Part shown: piece by piece, positions 1 to 12,510 of the stretch
Position numbering within the stretch: the stretch's first letter is position 1
Layout of the letters: every line of letters begins with the position of its first letter
Assembly: GCF_964355755.1 (NCBI RefSeq)
Contig: NC_092677.1
Span: 19,676,101-19,740,100 of the forward strand
Reading direction: 5' to 3'
Source: Antedon mediterranea
Taxonomy: Eukaryota; Animalia; Echinodermata
DNA length: 64,000 nt
The notes under the pieces: generated by a model
What the model was told of the DNA's origin: nothing
The model's database searches: none
Seen by the model: only the letters and a program-made list of their open reading frames with translations
Translations under genes and position numbers: made by a program

Positions 1-560
1 TATAATACATTTTAAAATTTATCTTAAAATGTATTTGTTCTACTGCTTTTATGTCCAAGGGTCCCGGCAACCCGATAGATAGTGATTTAGTTCACTTTTG
101 GAATGCCCTGTCTCATGTTCTGGTTGTTATTTATTATGATTATGTTTGTGTATTTTATTGTTTTGAGAGGAATAACTGAAATGAAAGTGTTAATGATATA
201 AGCCCATGGAGTAAAGATAATAAATTCAAATTGTGTAATCTTAGTTTTTTGTGTATTTGTTATGTGTTAAAATGGTAGAAGGTCTAAATACTTAATTTAT
301 AGAAAAGTATTGCAAAAGTAGCACACAAAAATACATATATATACCCATGATTTAAAACAATGCATTAAAAAATGTTTATACATAAAATTAAAAAAAACGG
401 CTTATCAACGATACAAATGGTAACCATACAAAATGTGTTTAAAAAAACTTATATTAATTGAAATATAATAGGTCAAAACAAAGTAAAGATGGAAGAAGGC
501 GCAGTCTCGGCAACAGCATCACTGCTTAATGTCGTTTCTTGCAGATCCGTGATGACAAAG

Positions 561-766
561 TCAGTAATTGGTCTTGTTGCCAACGGTTTTATCTGATTTA
601 TTTTGCTTTTCATTCACTTGTTTTTCTGCTTGTTTTTTCTGACCTTTCTTCTGCTTTTTCTTTTCATTCTTACTCATTTTGAGTATTTGCAGATTTTCCC
701 CTTCGTCATTATTAATAGATTTTACTCTATTAATTGCATCTTTCATTATCTGTTCTACGCATTCAT
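561..766 (-). CDS. Possible terminal coding exon of an unidentified minus-strand gene (Lys/Gln-rich C-terminal tail)
   Basis: On the minus strand a pyrimidine-rich acceptor (ttccacgtttactttaAG) precedes an open frame ECVEQIMKDAINRVKSINNDEGENLQILKMSKNEKKKQKKGQKKQAEKQ...KTNY-stop. No upstream exon was identified. Confidence 0.3.
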
Positions 767-2174
767 CTTAAAGTAAACGTGGAAGTTAATCAATATACAA
801 AATGGATAGAATATAGCTTGTTGTTTCACGATATCCTTTATCTTGTCAATTAGGCTAGATCCGAAACGGTCTTGCTTTGCCATAATAAGTTGTTATATAC
901 TTTATATGGGCAAGTATAATAACAGCGCACTTTGATAAAAGTACTTTGACAAATTATTAAAATAAAAACAAATTGTATCACGATAAAATTCGGAACTACT
1001 GTATTTACGGCCATTGGTTTGTTATACACTATTCCTTCACTTCAATATATGTAGGCTAAAAATTACGTACGTGGAGATAAAAAAAAGTGGACAAAAATCG
1101 AATGAAAACACATTGCTGCGGTAACACGAATTAAGTTTATTCATTTATATTTCATTTTTATTTCACTAGTTTTGATATTTTGCAATTAGTTCGTATGGGA
1201 GATTTGTTACGTAACTTGCTACTTTTGTAATTAAAGTGTGATCCACCTCAGAAACCCCGGTTTGACTGCCTTAATAATAATTCACATGGCATGATTATTA
1301 AGTATAATAAAAGCGTACTTTTCCCGGTCATGATATTTCTTTTCGTACATAAGACTCCTCATGAGACGTCACAAAATATGAATGAATATTCATTAATCAT
1401 GTCCATAAGCTACGTTAGAAATGAGCTAACAATTCGCTAATACAAAGGTTCTCTGTTGAGCTGTCTGTAGTCGAGTGAATTAAGCTATGGACTTTATATG
1501 TCGATGTATGGGGTTCGAATCCGATGAGCAAGTTCTTTTTACTTTATAGTGAGAGAGAGATTATTTAGAGGGTTAGGTTTAGTTATATTTAGGAACTTCA
1601 CTATTATCCTTTCACTCATTGTAGTTTTTATATTTAGTCTTTTTCGGTACCCTGAAACTAAAAGTCTTCATTACTGTTTTTGTCCTGTTTCCGGTTCCCG
1701 TGTTTTCTTTTTCAGTTTTTATGGGCTGGGCTTTTCTATACAAGCTTCGCTTTTTTGGAATGTTGCCCCTCTTATTTTAATCATATTTACTGTTAATTTT
1801 TATATTCTATGAAAGAGAAGAAGAGAAATATATGTTACTTTGATTAATTGATTGAATGATATCTTTCACATAAGGGGCCCCAACTTCTGTACGAAATTAA
1901 AAAAAAATTTTTTTTAACAAACAAACTGTCAACAATACAATTCGGAACTACTTACGGCCATTGATTTTGTTATAAACACGGAGTATTCCTTTACTCTGTA
2001 AGCTACAAAATGAAAGCAATACAATACAGTGACAACGTGCCTGAGCGGGACAGACTTCTGTCGATCAGTCAGCAGAGATTAAAACAGTTTAATGATAAAA
2101 TATGATTAAGAATAATAACAATGATTACGGACTCAACACAAAAAATAGTCGAAATTAGATGATGCGATCGGACA

Positions 2175-2620
2175 CAAACATTTTGGGTGTATTTTTTGTT
2201 GATATGTGATATTTAGCGGAAACACAACACTCAGTTGGATTCGTTTTATTTGTGTGTGTGTTTTTTTTTTTTTTTGTTCATTTACATTTTTTTCATGTGT
2301 TTTTTTTTTCATTTTTTGTGTGTGTATTTTTTCGTATCTTTTTTGCAAGTTTTGTAATTACATTACATTGTGATTTTGTTTTGATTTTTAGCTTTAAACA
2401 TTTTGGGTGTATTTTTTGTTGATATGTGATATTTAGCGGAAACACAACACTCAGTTGGATTCGTTTTATTTGTGTGTGTGTTTTTTTTTTTTTTTTGTTC
2501 ATTTACATTTTTTTCATGTGTTTTTTTTTTCATTTTTTGTGTGTGTATTTTTTCGTATCTTTTTTGCAAGTTTTGTAATTACATTACATTGTGATTTTGT
2601 TTTGATTTTTAGCTTTAAAC
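2175..2620. repeat. Near-perfect tandem duplication, ~221-bp unit x2 (T/GT-rich)
   Basis: aaacattttgggtgtattttttgttgatatgtgatatttagcgg... occurs at ~2176 and ~2397. This explains the three overlapping spurious ORFs at 2133-2569. Confidence 0.9.
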
Positions 2621-3267
2621 GGTGATACTTAATTATTAAATGTCGCGGATTGAACTCGAACCTACTAAGCATTGATATCAATGGTCACGGCGATTTGCTC
2701 AGTGAGCCAAACCGTGATTTTTGATTTTGTTCAAATTACTGTTATTTTTTGCCTTTTTTTAGTGTTTATCCTTAAAATTTAGGAAAGTGACACGTACCTT
2801 TCAGTGGTTTTGGAGGAGATACGTAAAATTACGAGAAAAATTTAGTAGCATTAATATATAGATAATAATTATATAGATTCTCTCGCAAGAATTGCTTCCA
2901 ATCAAACGGCAACCATGTGTTTGATTTCTGCAGCAAAATAGCGTATTTTAACAAAATCAAGATTTTCTTTGATGATTGTTTGCTTTTAGTAACATCGACA
3001 TTTTTAGTCGTGACGTGTGCAACGCGACTCTAGCTCACTATGTCGGTCGGTAAACACTAACTTAAGCACGAGACTGCAGCCATGTACAAGGCCTTGTTTG
3101 AAGTCATGTTCGTCTTCACATCCAATTAAACATTGTTTTGCCAAAAAATAGCCTTCATTTATTTTCGTACGTTTTTTTCCAGATGGCGTATACCGATAAT
3201 ATGAGATGATGACGGAAATGTAAGAGGAAAACACTTGAAAAATGAAAATCACAATTAACACTCATTT

Positions 3268-4220
3268 TATTGGTTATCCGCACTTGGATAACCCCTTGTT
3301 ATTGTCAGGATCTTTTTTTTCTATCTTATTCTTTCATTCCACGAATATTATTGCACGTGTATATCAAATTATTCTCAATAGCTCCTCGGGATGGATTGTG
3401 ACCCACATTTTTTAAATTTTATTATGGAAGCTGATGAGTTGTAGATATCACTTCATGTAAAATTTATATCTACCGGATGTTCTGACGTCACCATATGGCC
3501 ATTCGAATTTTAAAAATAGAATTTATTTTCGCTTTGAAACTTGTTCCCCTTGTACAGAACGCATTGCGCTTATGGTTTACCCCATGTTCTTTCTTTATCA
3601 ATTTTCTTTCACATGCGTTAAAAAAATTGGAATTTTTATTACGTCATCATATAAAAATAATTAGAATAACGTGACTTGTTTTATTTCATCTATACAGTAC
3701 TGTACTGTATATTTCAATCTGTCATAGCTCCTCGGAATGAAAAGTGACCCGCATGACTAAAACTTATTATGGAAGCTGTTGAATTGTAGATATGAATTCA
3801 TATGCAAATTTTGTCTATCTGATGTCATGACGTCACCATATGGCCAGTTGAATTTAAAAAGTCAAATTTTCATCTCTTTCGTAAATGTGTGTCGCGTTTA
3901 AAAGAGCGCATCTCACTTTTACGTACCCAGCATTCTTCAAATTTGTATTAATGTAATTACTGTATTTAGATAATGATTTTCTAAAATTGTTATCTTTACA
4001 TGTCGCTTTGATGATGTCATCGTGTTAATAATTGGATTAAATGACGGGTCTCGTTATTTCATATATGTATTCCGTAAATATGCTGTATGATACAAAATAG
4101 GTACAACTCAGCACTGTTGTTGATGGGATAATAATTTCGACGTTCATATGTTAACGTATGTGCATGTTGAATTTCCGCGGATAACCCGAACTCGTCACTG
4201 TGACGAGTTCAAATCTAGTT
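3268..4220 (+). mobile_element. Non-autonomous Helentron-associated (HINE/DINE-1-like) element
   Basis: Subterminal inverted repeat ggttatccgc (3272-3281) / gcggataacc (4177-4186). Perfect 3' hairpin gaactcgtca-ctg-tgacgagttc (4188-4210) and terminal ctagtt, in a T-rich site. Contains an internal ~350-bp direct repeat. Confidence 0.7.
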
Positions 4221-5282
4221 CATTTTGTTATGAACGAACTTCTGGGTTTTTTTTCTCTTGCCACATCCTTATTCTATAATGATTTCGATTGAATAAAATA
4301 AAAAATAAATAAAAATAAATAAAACATTTAAAAAAATAACCGTAGCCAATTCTATGGATTCATTAATTATATCAACCAAAGAATACATTCTATTACAAAA
4401 AAGTCAACTTTAAAATTGTGTGAATATATTATTTATTTTTAAATGTTGTAGAGTACAGAAAAAAAATGTATGATTTTATTTGACCAAATAAATGCTGTGA
4501 GAGCAGTTGACTGAGTTATAATAATAACTGAGTTAATATAGTAATTATAATAGTAATTATAGCGTTATTTATTTTGAAATGTTATAGTGTACCGAAACGA
4601 ATTTATTTGACTAAATAAATGCACCGGTAGCGCCTCACAGTTGACTGGTGAATACAATATACACCAAACACGGATGTGCGTGAACGCGTTCGTTAATAAT
4701 AATTATGATGATCAAAAGCATTTGATTCTGACATTGCGACACGGCGAGAAATTCAACTTTTAACTTCAATTTAATCAGTTTCTGAAATAATGTATGATTT
4801 GAAATTTGTAATATACCATTAATAATCAATTCCAAGCAGGTGGATGCTCCCTGGTGGTAGGATTTGTTGCTCTGGTAGGTATCTTGTGGTGTTTAGTAGG
4901 ACGCGAAATTGATGTAGGCTACCTACCGCCGAATGAATTTGATCCAACTCGGCCCAAGTGAAGTCGGCCCCAACAACTAAAGCGGCCAACAATTAATCGG
5001 CCACATTAGAGTATGGAACGCAAAAAGTGCACACGAAGCGAATTGATATAAAATAATTTTAAAAGGGCCTATATTATCTATTTTAGTATCTATCTAGGCC
5101 TACATTATATATTATAATTATATCTAAGAATAGTTAGATTCATTCTGGGAAACATCCTTGTATAAACTATAGACCTAACAAACAACTGTAGAGAGTCCGC
5201 ACCATGATTGAGGCTGAATTGAGGTGATTTTGAAAATGTAACACCTAGATGGTCGGAAATGGCACCCTCATGTTAAACTTAA

Positions 5283-5893
5283 AGACCCCTTCCCTGCAAT
5301 TTTGGACGTTTTTTGGAAAATAATACATATATATCACTTTAAAAACATTAAACCATGTCATTCCTTGTCTTAAATGTACGTTTTATGGTAAATTATGATA
5401 AAAAGTGAAAAACAATGCACTACCTAAGTAGCTCGCGGCGATCGACCTCTCGTGGACGGTCTTAGGCCTAGCCTAGCTAGGCTTAGTTTTGTAGGCCTAG
5501 CTGGTAAACATCGGTAACGTACGAACATCGTACGCTAGCTATATACCTAGCCTGACGTTGTATAGTTGCTGCATTAATTGTCTTTCTATTTTTGCCAGAC
5601 TCCGTTGATACAAATTGGGGAAAACCCGGTATTTTCGCTGAAATTTTGTTTTGGCCTCACGATCGATCGAAAAGTGGGCGAATTACAGGTGAAAAACAAA
5701 AATATCAATCCGCGCGCAATGCATTTTGGGATTTATAGCGGGCCGCTATAATTATTAGAATCGACTTATTTTTCACATTTTTAACCGTTTAAAGACGAAA
5801 AAAGTTATCGCAATAGGACCATATAGTATTATTTTTACATTAAATATAGTTTGTGATCTTAAATTAGATCTAAAAAACGTAGGGAATGGGGCT
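5283..5893. mobile_element. Kolobok-type MITE (TTAA TSD)
   Basis: TTAA|agaccccttccctgc ... gtagggaatggggct|TTAA. A related internal segment recurs inverted at ~60125-60235 and a matching end at ~63710-63728. Confidence 0.65.
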
Positions 5894-6355
5894 TTAATGT
5901 ATTAAAAATTGATATTGATATATATATGAAAACTGAGGTACTAGCCTATTAAAGGGTGACATTTTCCCTATAGGCATATTTTGAGTAAAAGCATCACAAC
6001 AGGGCGTTTTGCGCAAGTCATTGTTTGCACGTACATGGCAGAAAAAGGTGCTTGTCCAGGGCCGGCGACAGGACCTGTGGCGAAGCGAAGTTTGTTAAAT
6101 AAATGAGGCCGCAGATGGCCGGAAGAAATGGTACTCTCGCACATAAAATTCATGATAAATGGCACCTCTAATTTGCAGGAAAAGACACTCTCATATGTAG
6201 CATGCTACCAATGAACAAAACGATCATATTTATATATAGTTACGCCCCCGCCCCCCACCCCTGGATCCGCTACTGATTAAACACCACAAAATAATCATGC
6301 ATTACTCATATGCAAAGGTGTCACCTGGGCATCATTTTCCAAAGGCAAACCATTC

Positions 6356-8953
6356 ATATACACCTAGCTAGATCAACTTTCGTATGCACTTTGAGGTCCA
6401 GAGAATTTGACTTCAGAAATTGGTTTAGGGTCGTCAAACAATCATTTTTGGCTTGGTTACACATTTTGAAAATGTGGCGAAAGGTCAGGGTGAAAGGTTA
6501 TAAGACCAAACACCAATTATATAGGTCCTTAAATCTCGACAACCACTGGTCACAGCAAGGTAATTTTGGTCTCAAATTGATCAGAAAGTATACATTTATC
6601 AGTCTTACCATAAATGCCATTTCTGAACTTTGACCAAGGGCATGTATGTATCTCCGTAACTACTGGTCGTAGACACTTGAATTTTGTCTTAAATTGTTCG
6701 AAATATACATTTTTTTTACACATTGAACATTTTACAAAAGGTCAAAGAGTCAGGGGTTATGTGAACAAATAGGTATTTGTATCTCGGCAACCACTGGTCG
6801 CAGCAAGTCAATTTTGGTGTTAAAATTTTCAGCATGCATTCATATTCTAGTCTAATGTAGCATTTTAGTAAAAAATGATCAGAAATGCCATTTCTGACCT
6901 TTGACCCACATACCAGGGCATCTTCATCTGTAAGTACTGGTCGTAGAAACTTAAATTTGGTATCAAATTGTTCAAAATATATATTTACATTCATTCTAAT
7001 GGGAAATTTGGTTAAAAGATGACCAGAAATACTATTAATTACTAATGTTTCACACAAAAACATATCTCTACACAACTTATCCTTAGACAGTAATGTTTGT
7101 TATGCAATTAACTAATAATACTTTAAAAAATAGAAAATACTGTTGACCCAAGACGATCAAACATTTTGATAGAAACCTCAAGCTCAACAGTTCTTTTCAG
7201 AATGCTAGAAGTAACTTACCGTATTTATTGTTCAGAAGGGTTTTTATTGGGAAGTTTATTCCGGGGAAGCGTTTATTTTATATAATCAAATAAATACCAC
7301 ATATATAAAAAATACAGACTAAAATGTCCCATAGACTGAATATAAATGTATAACTTCTGATCAATTTGAGACCAAAATTACTTTGCTGTGACCAGTGGTT
7401 GTTGAGATTAAGGACCTATTGGTGTTTGGTCTTATAACCTTTCACCCTGACCTTTTGACCTTTCGCTTTCTCTCTCTCGAAGTGCCATATCATGAGACTT
7501 TGGCGATCATGTTGTGCCACAATTCTCTGTCTATTGCCATATTCAGCAACTCCACTTCTTTGGTATTCTCGCCTCTATTCCGAATCCATTCAGCTATGCT
7601 GGCCAACCAAGTGACTCTTTTCCCCCCCCTGCTCCTTCTTCCTTCTATTTTCCCCGTTAATGCCAAGTTCTCCAGACCTCCCTTCCTCAACACATGTCCC
7701 ATGAATCTCATCTGTCTAATCCTAATATCCTTCAGTAGTTTCCTGCATACTCCAGCTCTTATCAATATATCTTCATTACTAACTCTATCTGTCCATGGAA
7801 TTCTCATCATTCTCCTTAGAAACCACATCTCACAGCTTTCCAATCTTTTTCTGAGGTCAGTTGTGATTGACCAGGCTTCACTTCCATACATCAGCACAGG
7901 ATAGATGTAGCAGTTTAATACACGCAACCTGGTTTCCATACTCATCGCACAGTTCTTCAAGATATTCTCCATTTCTCCAAATGCAGATTTCGCAAGGACT
8001 ATCCTTCTCTTTATCTCCGTTACACACCTGGCATCATCTGTTATTTTGCTCCCAAGATAGTTAAAAGAGGACACCTGCTGAATTAACTGGTCTCCTGCTT
8101 GAAGGTTACACGTTGGACTCTCCTTTTTTGACACTACTAAACACTCTGTCTTACTACAATTTATAGACAGACCCATCTTTTCGCTCTCTACTACAACCAC
8201 ATCCAGCAACCTTTGGAGATCTTCAGCTGACTCTGCCAGTAGAACTGTGTCATCTGCATATCTGATGTTTGTAATATTTCTACCACAAATTCTCAAACCC
8301 TTCTCATTATCTAGCTCCCTCAAGATCAACTCGCTATAGTAGTTAAACAAGTCTGGTGACATTACACAGCCCTGCCTCACTCCTCTTCCAATACTTGTGT
8401 AGTCACTGCACTCCCCATCTACCCTCATGCATGCAGTCTGTTTCCAGTACAAATTTTGCAACAATCTAAGATCCTTTCCATGTAGGTCAAGCTTGCTAAG
8501 TTCTTGAAATAGCTGCTCATGCCTTACTTTGTCAAATGCCTTGGTGTAGTCTATGAAACACATGTATACATCTTTCTGCATCTCCACTGCCCTTTCAGTT
8601 ATCATTCTTATCACAAAGATGGCATTCCTGGTGCCTGAATCCTTTACAAAACCAAACTGCTCACTCCCAATCTCTGGTTTTAATCTACTTCTTGCTCTCA
8701 TAAGTAGTATCCTCAGAATGATCTTGGTGACATGACTCATGAGGCTGATTGTACGATGTTTTTCACATTCTACAGCACCTGGTTTCTTCGGAAGGGCAAT
8801 AAAAATGGACTTACTCAAGTCCTCAGGGAAGCTTCCATCCTTTCGCTACATTTTCAAAATGATTGTTTGACTATCCTAAACCAATTTCTGAAGTCAAATT
8901 CTCTCGACCTCAAAATGCATACAAAAGTTGATCTAGGCCTACCTACTAGAGTA
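6356..8953. mobile_element. Foldback/long-TIR non-autonomous element (same family as 38427-41477), interrupted by an RTE LINE
   Basis: The left arm tagatcaactttcgtatgcactttgaggtccagagaatttgacttcagaaattgg (from ~6370) is mirrored in reverse at 7355-7467 plus 8848-8940. Confidence 0.75.
7468..8838 (-). mobile_element. 5'-truncated RTE-clade non-LTR retrotransposon with an intact reverse transcriptase ORF (7490-8818)
   Basis: RT motifs CFIDYTKAFDKV, GVRQGCVMSPDLFN, IRYADD and an RTE-type C-terminus (LALTGKIEGRRSRG). (GA)n tail at 7468-7480. 9-bp TSD cctttcgct at 7459-7467 and 8839-8847. Confidence 0.93.
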
Positions 8954-10086
8954 TAATAATAATATTATAAATATATAAATAAATACTACCTAGGCCTATC
9001 AATTAAACGAAAAACGACTGGGGTGTGTAGGCCTAACCGTGCAATTTAATATTAACATTTTGTGTTCTATACTTTATGGAGTTGACTGATCAGTTTTTGG
9101 CCAAGTTGTCATAAGGCCGAGTAGACTCGACTTGTTGGTGAGTTAAGGGGCCGAGACGGTTTAAGGGCCGACTTGACCTGCACCCACACTGAGCTAGGCT
9201 AGAGCTAGTATGGTACTGTATGACAACAATGAAAAAATCGTTCATGTAGGTTAGTGGTAAACTTAACTTAATAGGCCTAAGCTATTTATAAGAATATATA
9301 TTTTAACTAGATTTAAGTCGTCACTATGACGAATTATAGGTTATATGCATTGATTTAGATAAAGTTAATTGATTTTTAAAATATATATTGTTTGATTGAT
9401 TTTGTCAGAATCTTTAGTTATTTATAATATATGAAGATAGGATCTTGCTAACGCAAATACAATAGCCGGTATCACAATTTGATCTAAGATCCCTCCGCAT
9501 ATAATATAAACCACCCTTGTTATAAATCAAATCTATACACTAAGAAATAAAATTGAACAATACAGACATAAAAAAAATCTTATTTAATTTCCCAACGTGA
9601 GACTCAATTTCGGTACAATGAATGCTATTGACGTGAATATAACTTCCAGAATATGTAATAAAAATAAACATTTAGTTTAGATACTATGACTGTTTAAAAA
9701 AAGGCATAATTACGTGCGTAACTTTCTGTGGAACATTTTTTTTCAACAGAAAGTAAGCTCTAATATAAATTAAACTTTTGCTAAGTTTCAAGTTTACTGC
9801 ACTGATGGCTGGGGGTTAGATTTGAGATTTACTCTGTGTAAATTTGCAATTATCAGATGGACAGCCTTCTTCTCCAAACAGTGGCAAACTAGGAGTTTGT
9901 AAACAAATGTAAACACTATTTATAATATATGTAGATAAATGTTGTGTAGTAAAAGCTTCCTAGTACAATTAAGATCATTTATACTTCATGTGTATGGATG
10001 CGTGCAAAAGCAAAAATTTGTATACTGAAAAAAATTCTCTTTTTGATTGTTTACAATAGGGGCGTAGCCGTAATATTTGTTAGAAA

Positions 10087-10144
10087 ATGGCTTTCATGGA
10101 AGTGTTTGGTTTGACATCAAAAGATAAACTTAATGACTGGAAAG
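10087..10144 (+). CDS. TMEM170: TMEM170 family transmembrane protein, coding exon 1
   Basis: ATG GCT TTC ... MAFMEVFGLTSKDKLNDWK followed by G|gtacgt donor. The phase-1 junction joins in frame to exon 2 (E-I-W). Confidence 0.75.
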
Positions 10145-10584
10145 GTACGTAAGCCAGACATTTTGCACTGCATTTTCAAGTACTGTGTACAAATTATGTT
10201 TTAAAACTATTTATTACAAAACTGGTATTTTAATGGTTGATGATGCTGCAAAAGAACATTTATGAGGTCCAGTAATTTTAAATGTTTTCTTTTAAAATAT
10301 TGCCGTAAAGAAAGACAAAACTGTACAGACTGATACAGATTAGATAATAAAATAGTCCAGTTATGGTTAAGCAATAGTTATGTTGTTAATGTTACTTGCG
10401 GTCCTATGGAATGGAAAGTATACACCGCCTCAAATCCTAAACACTATCTGCTATTGTTTATACTTACAATATTATATGTATTCATCTAATGAAACTTTGT
10501 ATTTTTTTCAGTATTTTATTATTCAACTTTTGTTTTCAATAATAATCAATATAATTCAATTAACTTTTATTATCAGTAAACAGT

Positions 10585-10900
10585 AATTATTGTGAATATT
10601 GTAATGAGGAGGTTGAAAATGAAAAGCATATGTTATTTACATGCAAAGAAGTAAAACATTGCTGGGTAAAATGTTGCGCTATGCTGAAAACATGTTTTGC
10701 ATTTACTCAGGAAGTTACATGGGAGAAAATTTTACTTGGAAAATATGATGTCAAAATTAATGAAATATTTTCCATTTTAACTTTCTGTGTTTATAAAAGT
10801 AAAGGTATAAAATTAACGTTTATAAAATTGATATTTAGGTAAAGTAAAATATAACTTTTTTTTGATTGCCTGATAGAGATAAAAAGAGTTATAAAATAAA
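10585..10900 (+). mobile_element. Degenerate L1/Tx1-type LINE 3' fragment (C-terminal zinc knuckle) in TMEM170 intron 1
   Basis: Translates as CEYCNEEVENEKHMLFTCKEVKHCW, a CxxC-x7-H-x4-C zf-RVT-like pattern. Confidence 0.5.
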
Positions 10901-11843
10901 GAATTCTGTGGTAAATTATACGTACATTGTTAAGGATTGAAAAACGTGTAAAGAGTGTATAACATAGAGGAAATTGTTTTTTCTTCTTTCCTTATACTAT
11001 TATATATAAAATGCAATGGCAGGAGTGAGAAATCAGATGTACTGAAAGTTATTTAATGTCAATTATATTGTATTGTATCATTACATTACTCATGTGCAAT
11101 GCATTGTAAACGAACATTTTATTGATGAAGAAATAAAAGTGGGTCGATCCTACATAAGACAAAAAAAACCCTTTTATTATCATTACTATAAATAATCACT
11201 ACTGTATATATTTTATAATTTTTTTCACCAAAAAAATGAATACAGTTTACAAATAATAAGTTGAAAATCATAAATTTAAAAAACTTCTTGTTTAAAAAAA
11301 ATATTTTCTTAAGTGCGTTGTTTTTTTGTTTATGTTTATGTTTCCTGCAAAATATGATGCAGACAGAGAGATTAGATATCAGAGACCTAAAAAAATCTGC
11401 ACAAATCTCCTTCAACTTAATATTGATTATATCACTATAAAAGGAGACAATAATGTGTTGAAACAATTTTTTGGGTGAAAAACAACTACGTTAGGAGTGG
11501 GTCGTCACTTATTTCTCTATTAATTACCGTCCCCTTCGTCCTGATACAAAGCTCCATATTAAGTGGTTTGGAAGAGGTTTGCACAGTGTTTGTGCGGGTT
11601 TGCACTGTGTAATCTCTAAGTTTCGCACTTTAAATTAATTTAATTTAAGGTTTCACCTAAAAAAAAAATTGAATATTTCAAATTTTGTTTTTCCCATAAA
11701 TTGTCTTCTTTTAAACTAATAGTTCTAATAGATACTAAGTGCTTTAAAGGAGGTTTGTGTATGGTTTGTGTGAGGTCTATGCAGTTATATAAAATATATA
11801 ATTGCTGTATGATTTAATTTGTTGGCATATTTTTTTTCCCCAG

Positions 11844-12014
11844 AAATTTGGAAAATCTCATTCTTGTGGTATATGCTGTCATCTTTTGTTGTACATGCTT
11901 TTTCAGCATCTATATCATTCTTTGCTTTACGTAAACACCGATATGGCAGATTTTTACCAGTACTGATACTGATTATTGGTTTTCTTGGACCTATAACAGC
12001 TGGTGTTATTAGTA
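11844..12014 (+). CDS. TMEM170: TMEM170 family transmembrane protein, coding exon 2
   Basis: ttttccccAG acceptor. Encodes EIWKISFLWYMLSSFVVHAFSASISFFALRKHRYGRFLPVLILIIGFLGPITAGVIS, matching the TMEM170 motifs LRHHKYGRF and GPITAG. gtatgt donor. Confidence 0.92.
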
Positions 12015-12376
12015 GTATGTATTCACATATCTATCTATTTTTATTGATTTAGGTGAATTTGCTTAGGGAATGTGTCTTCATCAGCCATGAATCCTTGTTT
12101 AAACAGGGAGTTCCAACTAATAACTCCCTTGTTGTTTAAACATGCCATTTAGCAAAAGCAATCACTGGTTTGAATTCTGACAGACACATTTTATCCACAA
12201 TGTCTATGGTAGACTCTATTAACTCTTTATTGTTGGCCTGTCTATGAAATTGAATGATTTGGATTGGTGGGCAGACTTGCTATTGGCCTATATTGATACT
12301 TAATCATTTTTAATTTGCTACTATAGTTTGTTATTTTTCAATTGTCTTATTGTTTTTTCTCTCTGATTTGTTTCAG

Positions 12377-12510
12377 GTGCTTTATTTGCATTCATAATAA
12401 GAACATTAACACTATCAGAATTAGATGCCCACTTTGCAATCATATTTGGATGTGGACAAACTCTGATTACAATATTTGTTTCATTTTCAAGAATCCTAGC
12501 CACATTATAA
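12377..12510 (+). CDS. TMEM170: TMEM170 family transmembrane protein, last coding exon
   Basis: tttcAG acceptor. Encodes SALFAFIIRTLTLSELDAHFAIIFGCGQTLITIFVSFSRILATL-TAA, with the diagnostic TMEM170 ending GxGQT...SFxRILATL. Confidence 0.92.

Noticed and set aside
1460-1530. tRNA gene (A-box-like tagtcgagtga, B-box ggttcgaatcc); similar motif on the minus strand at ~2645-2710
   Set aside because: A cloverleaf cannot be completed. More likely degenerate tRNA-derived repeat heads.
6310-7075. ORFs in the foldback arms (also 31175-31513, 38340-38984, 41013-41553) as a repeated protein family
   Set aside because: The similar translations simply reflect a repeated non-coding arm. Frames and stops are inconsistent between copies.
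7395-7904. 169-aa plus-strand ORF and other antisense ORFs over LINEs (e.g. 35348-37010)
   Set aside because: Shadow ORFs on the strand opposite the RT coding sequence.
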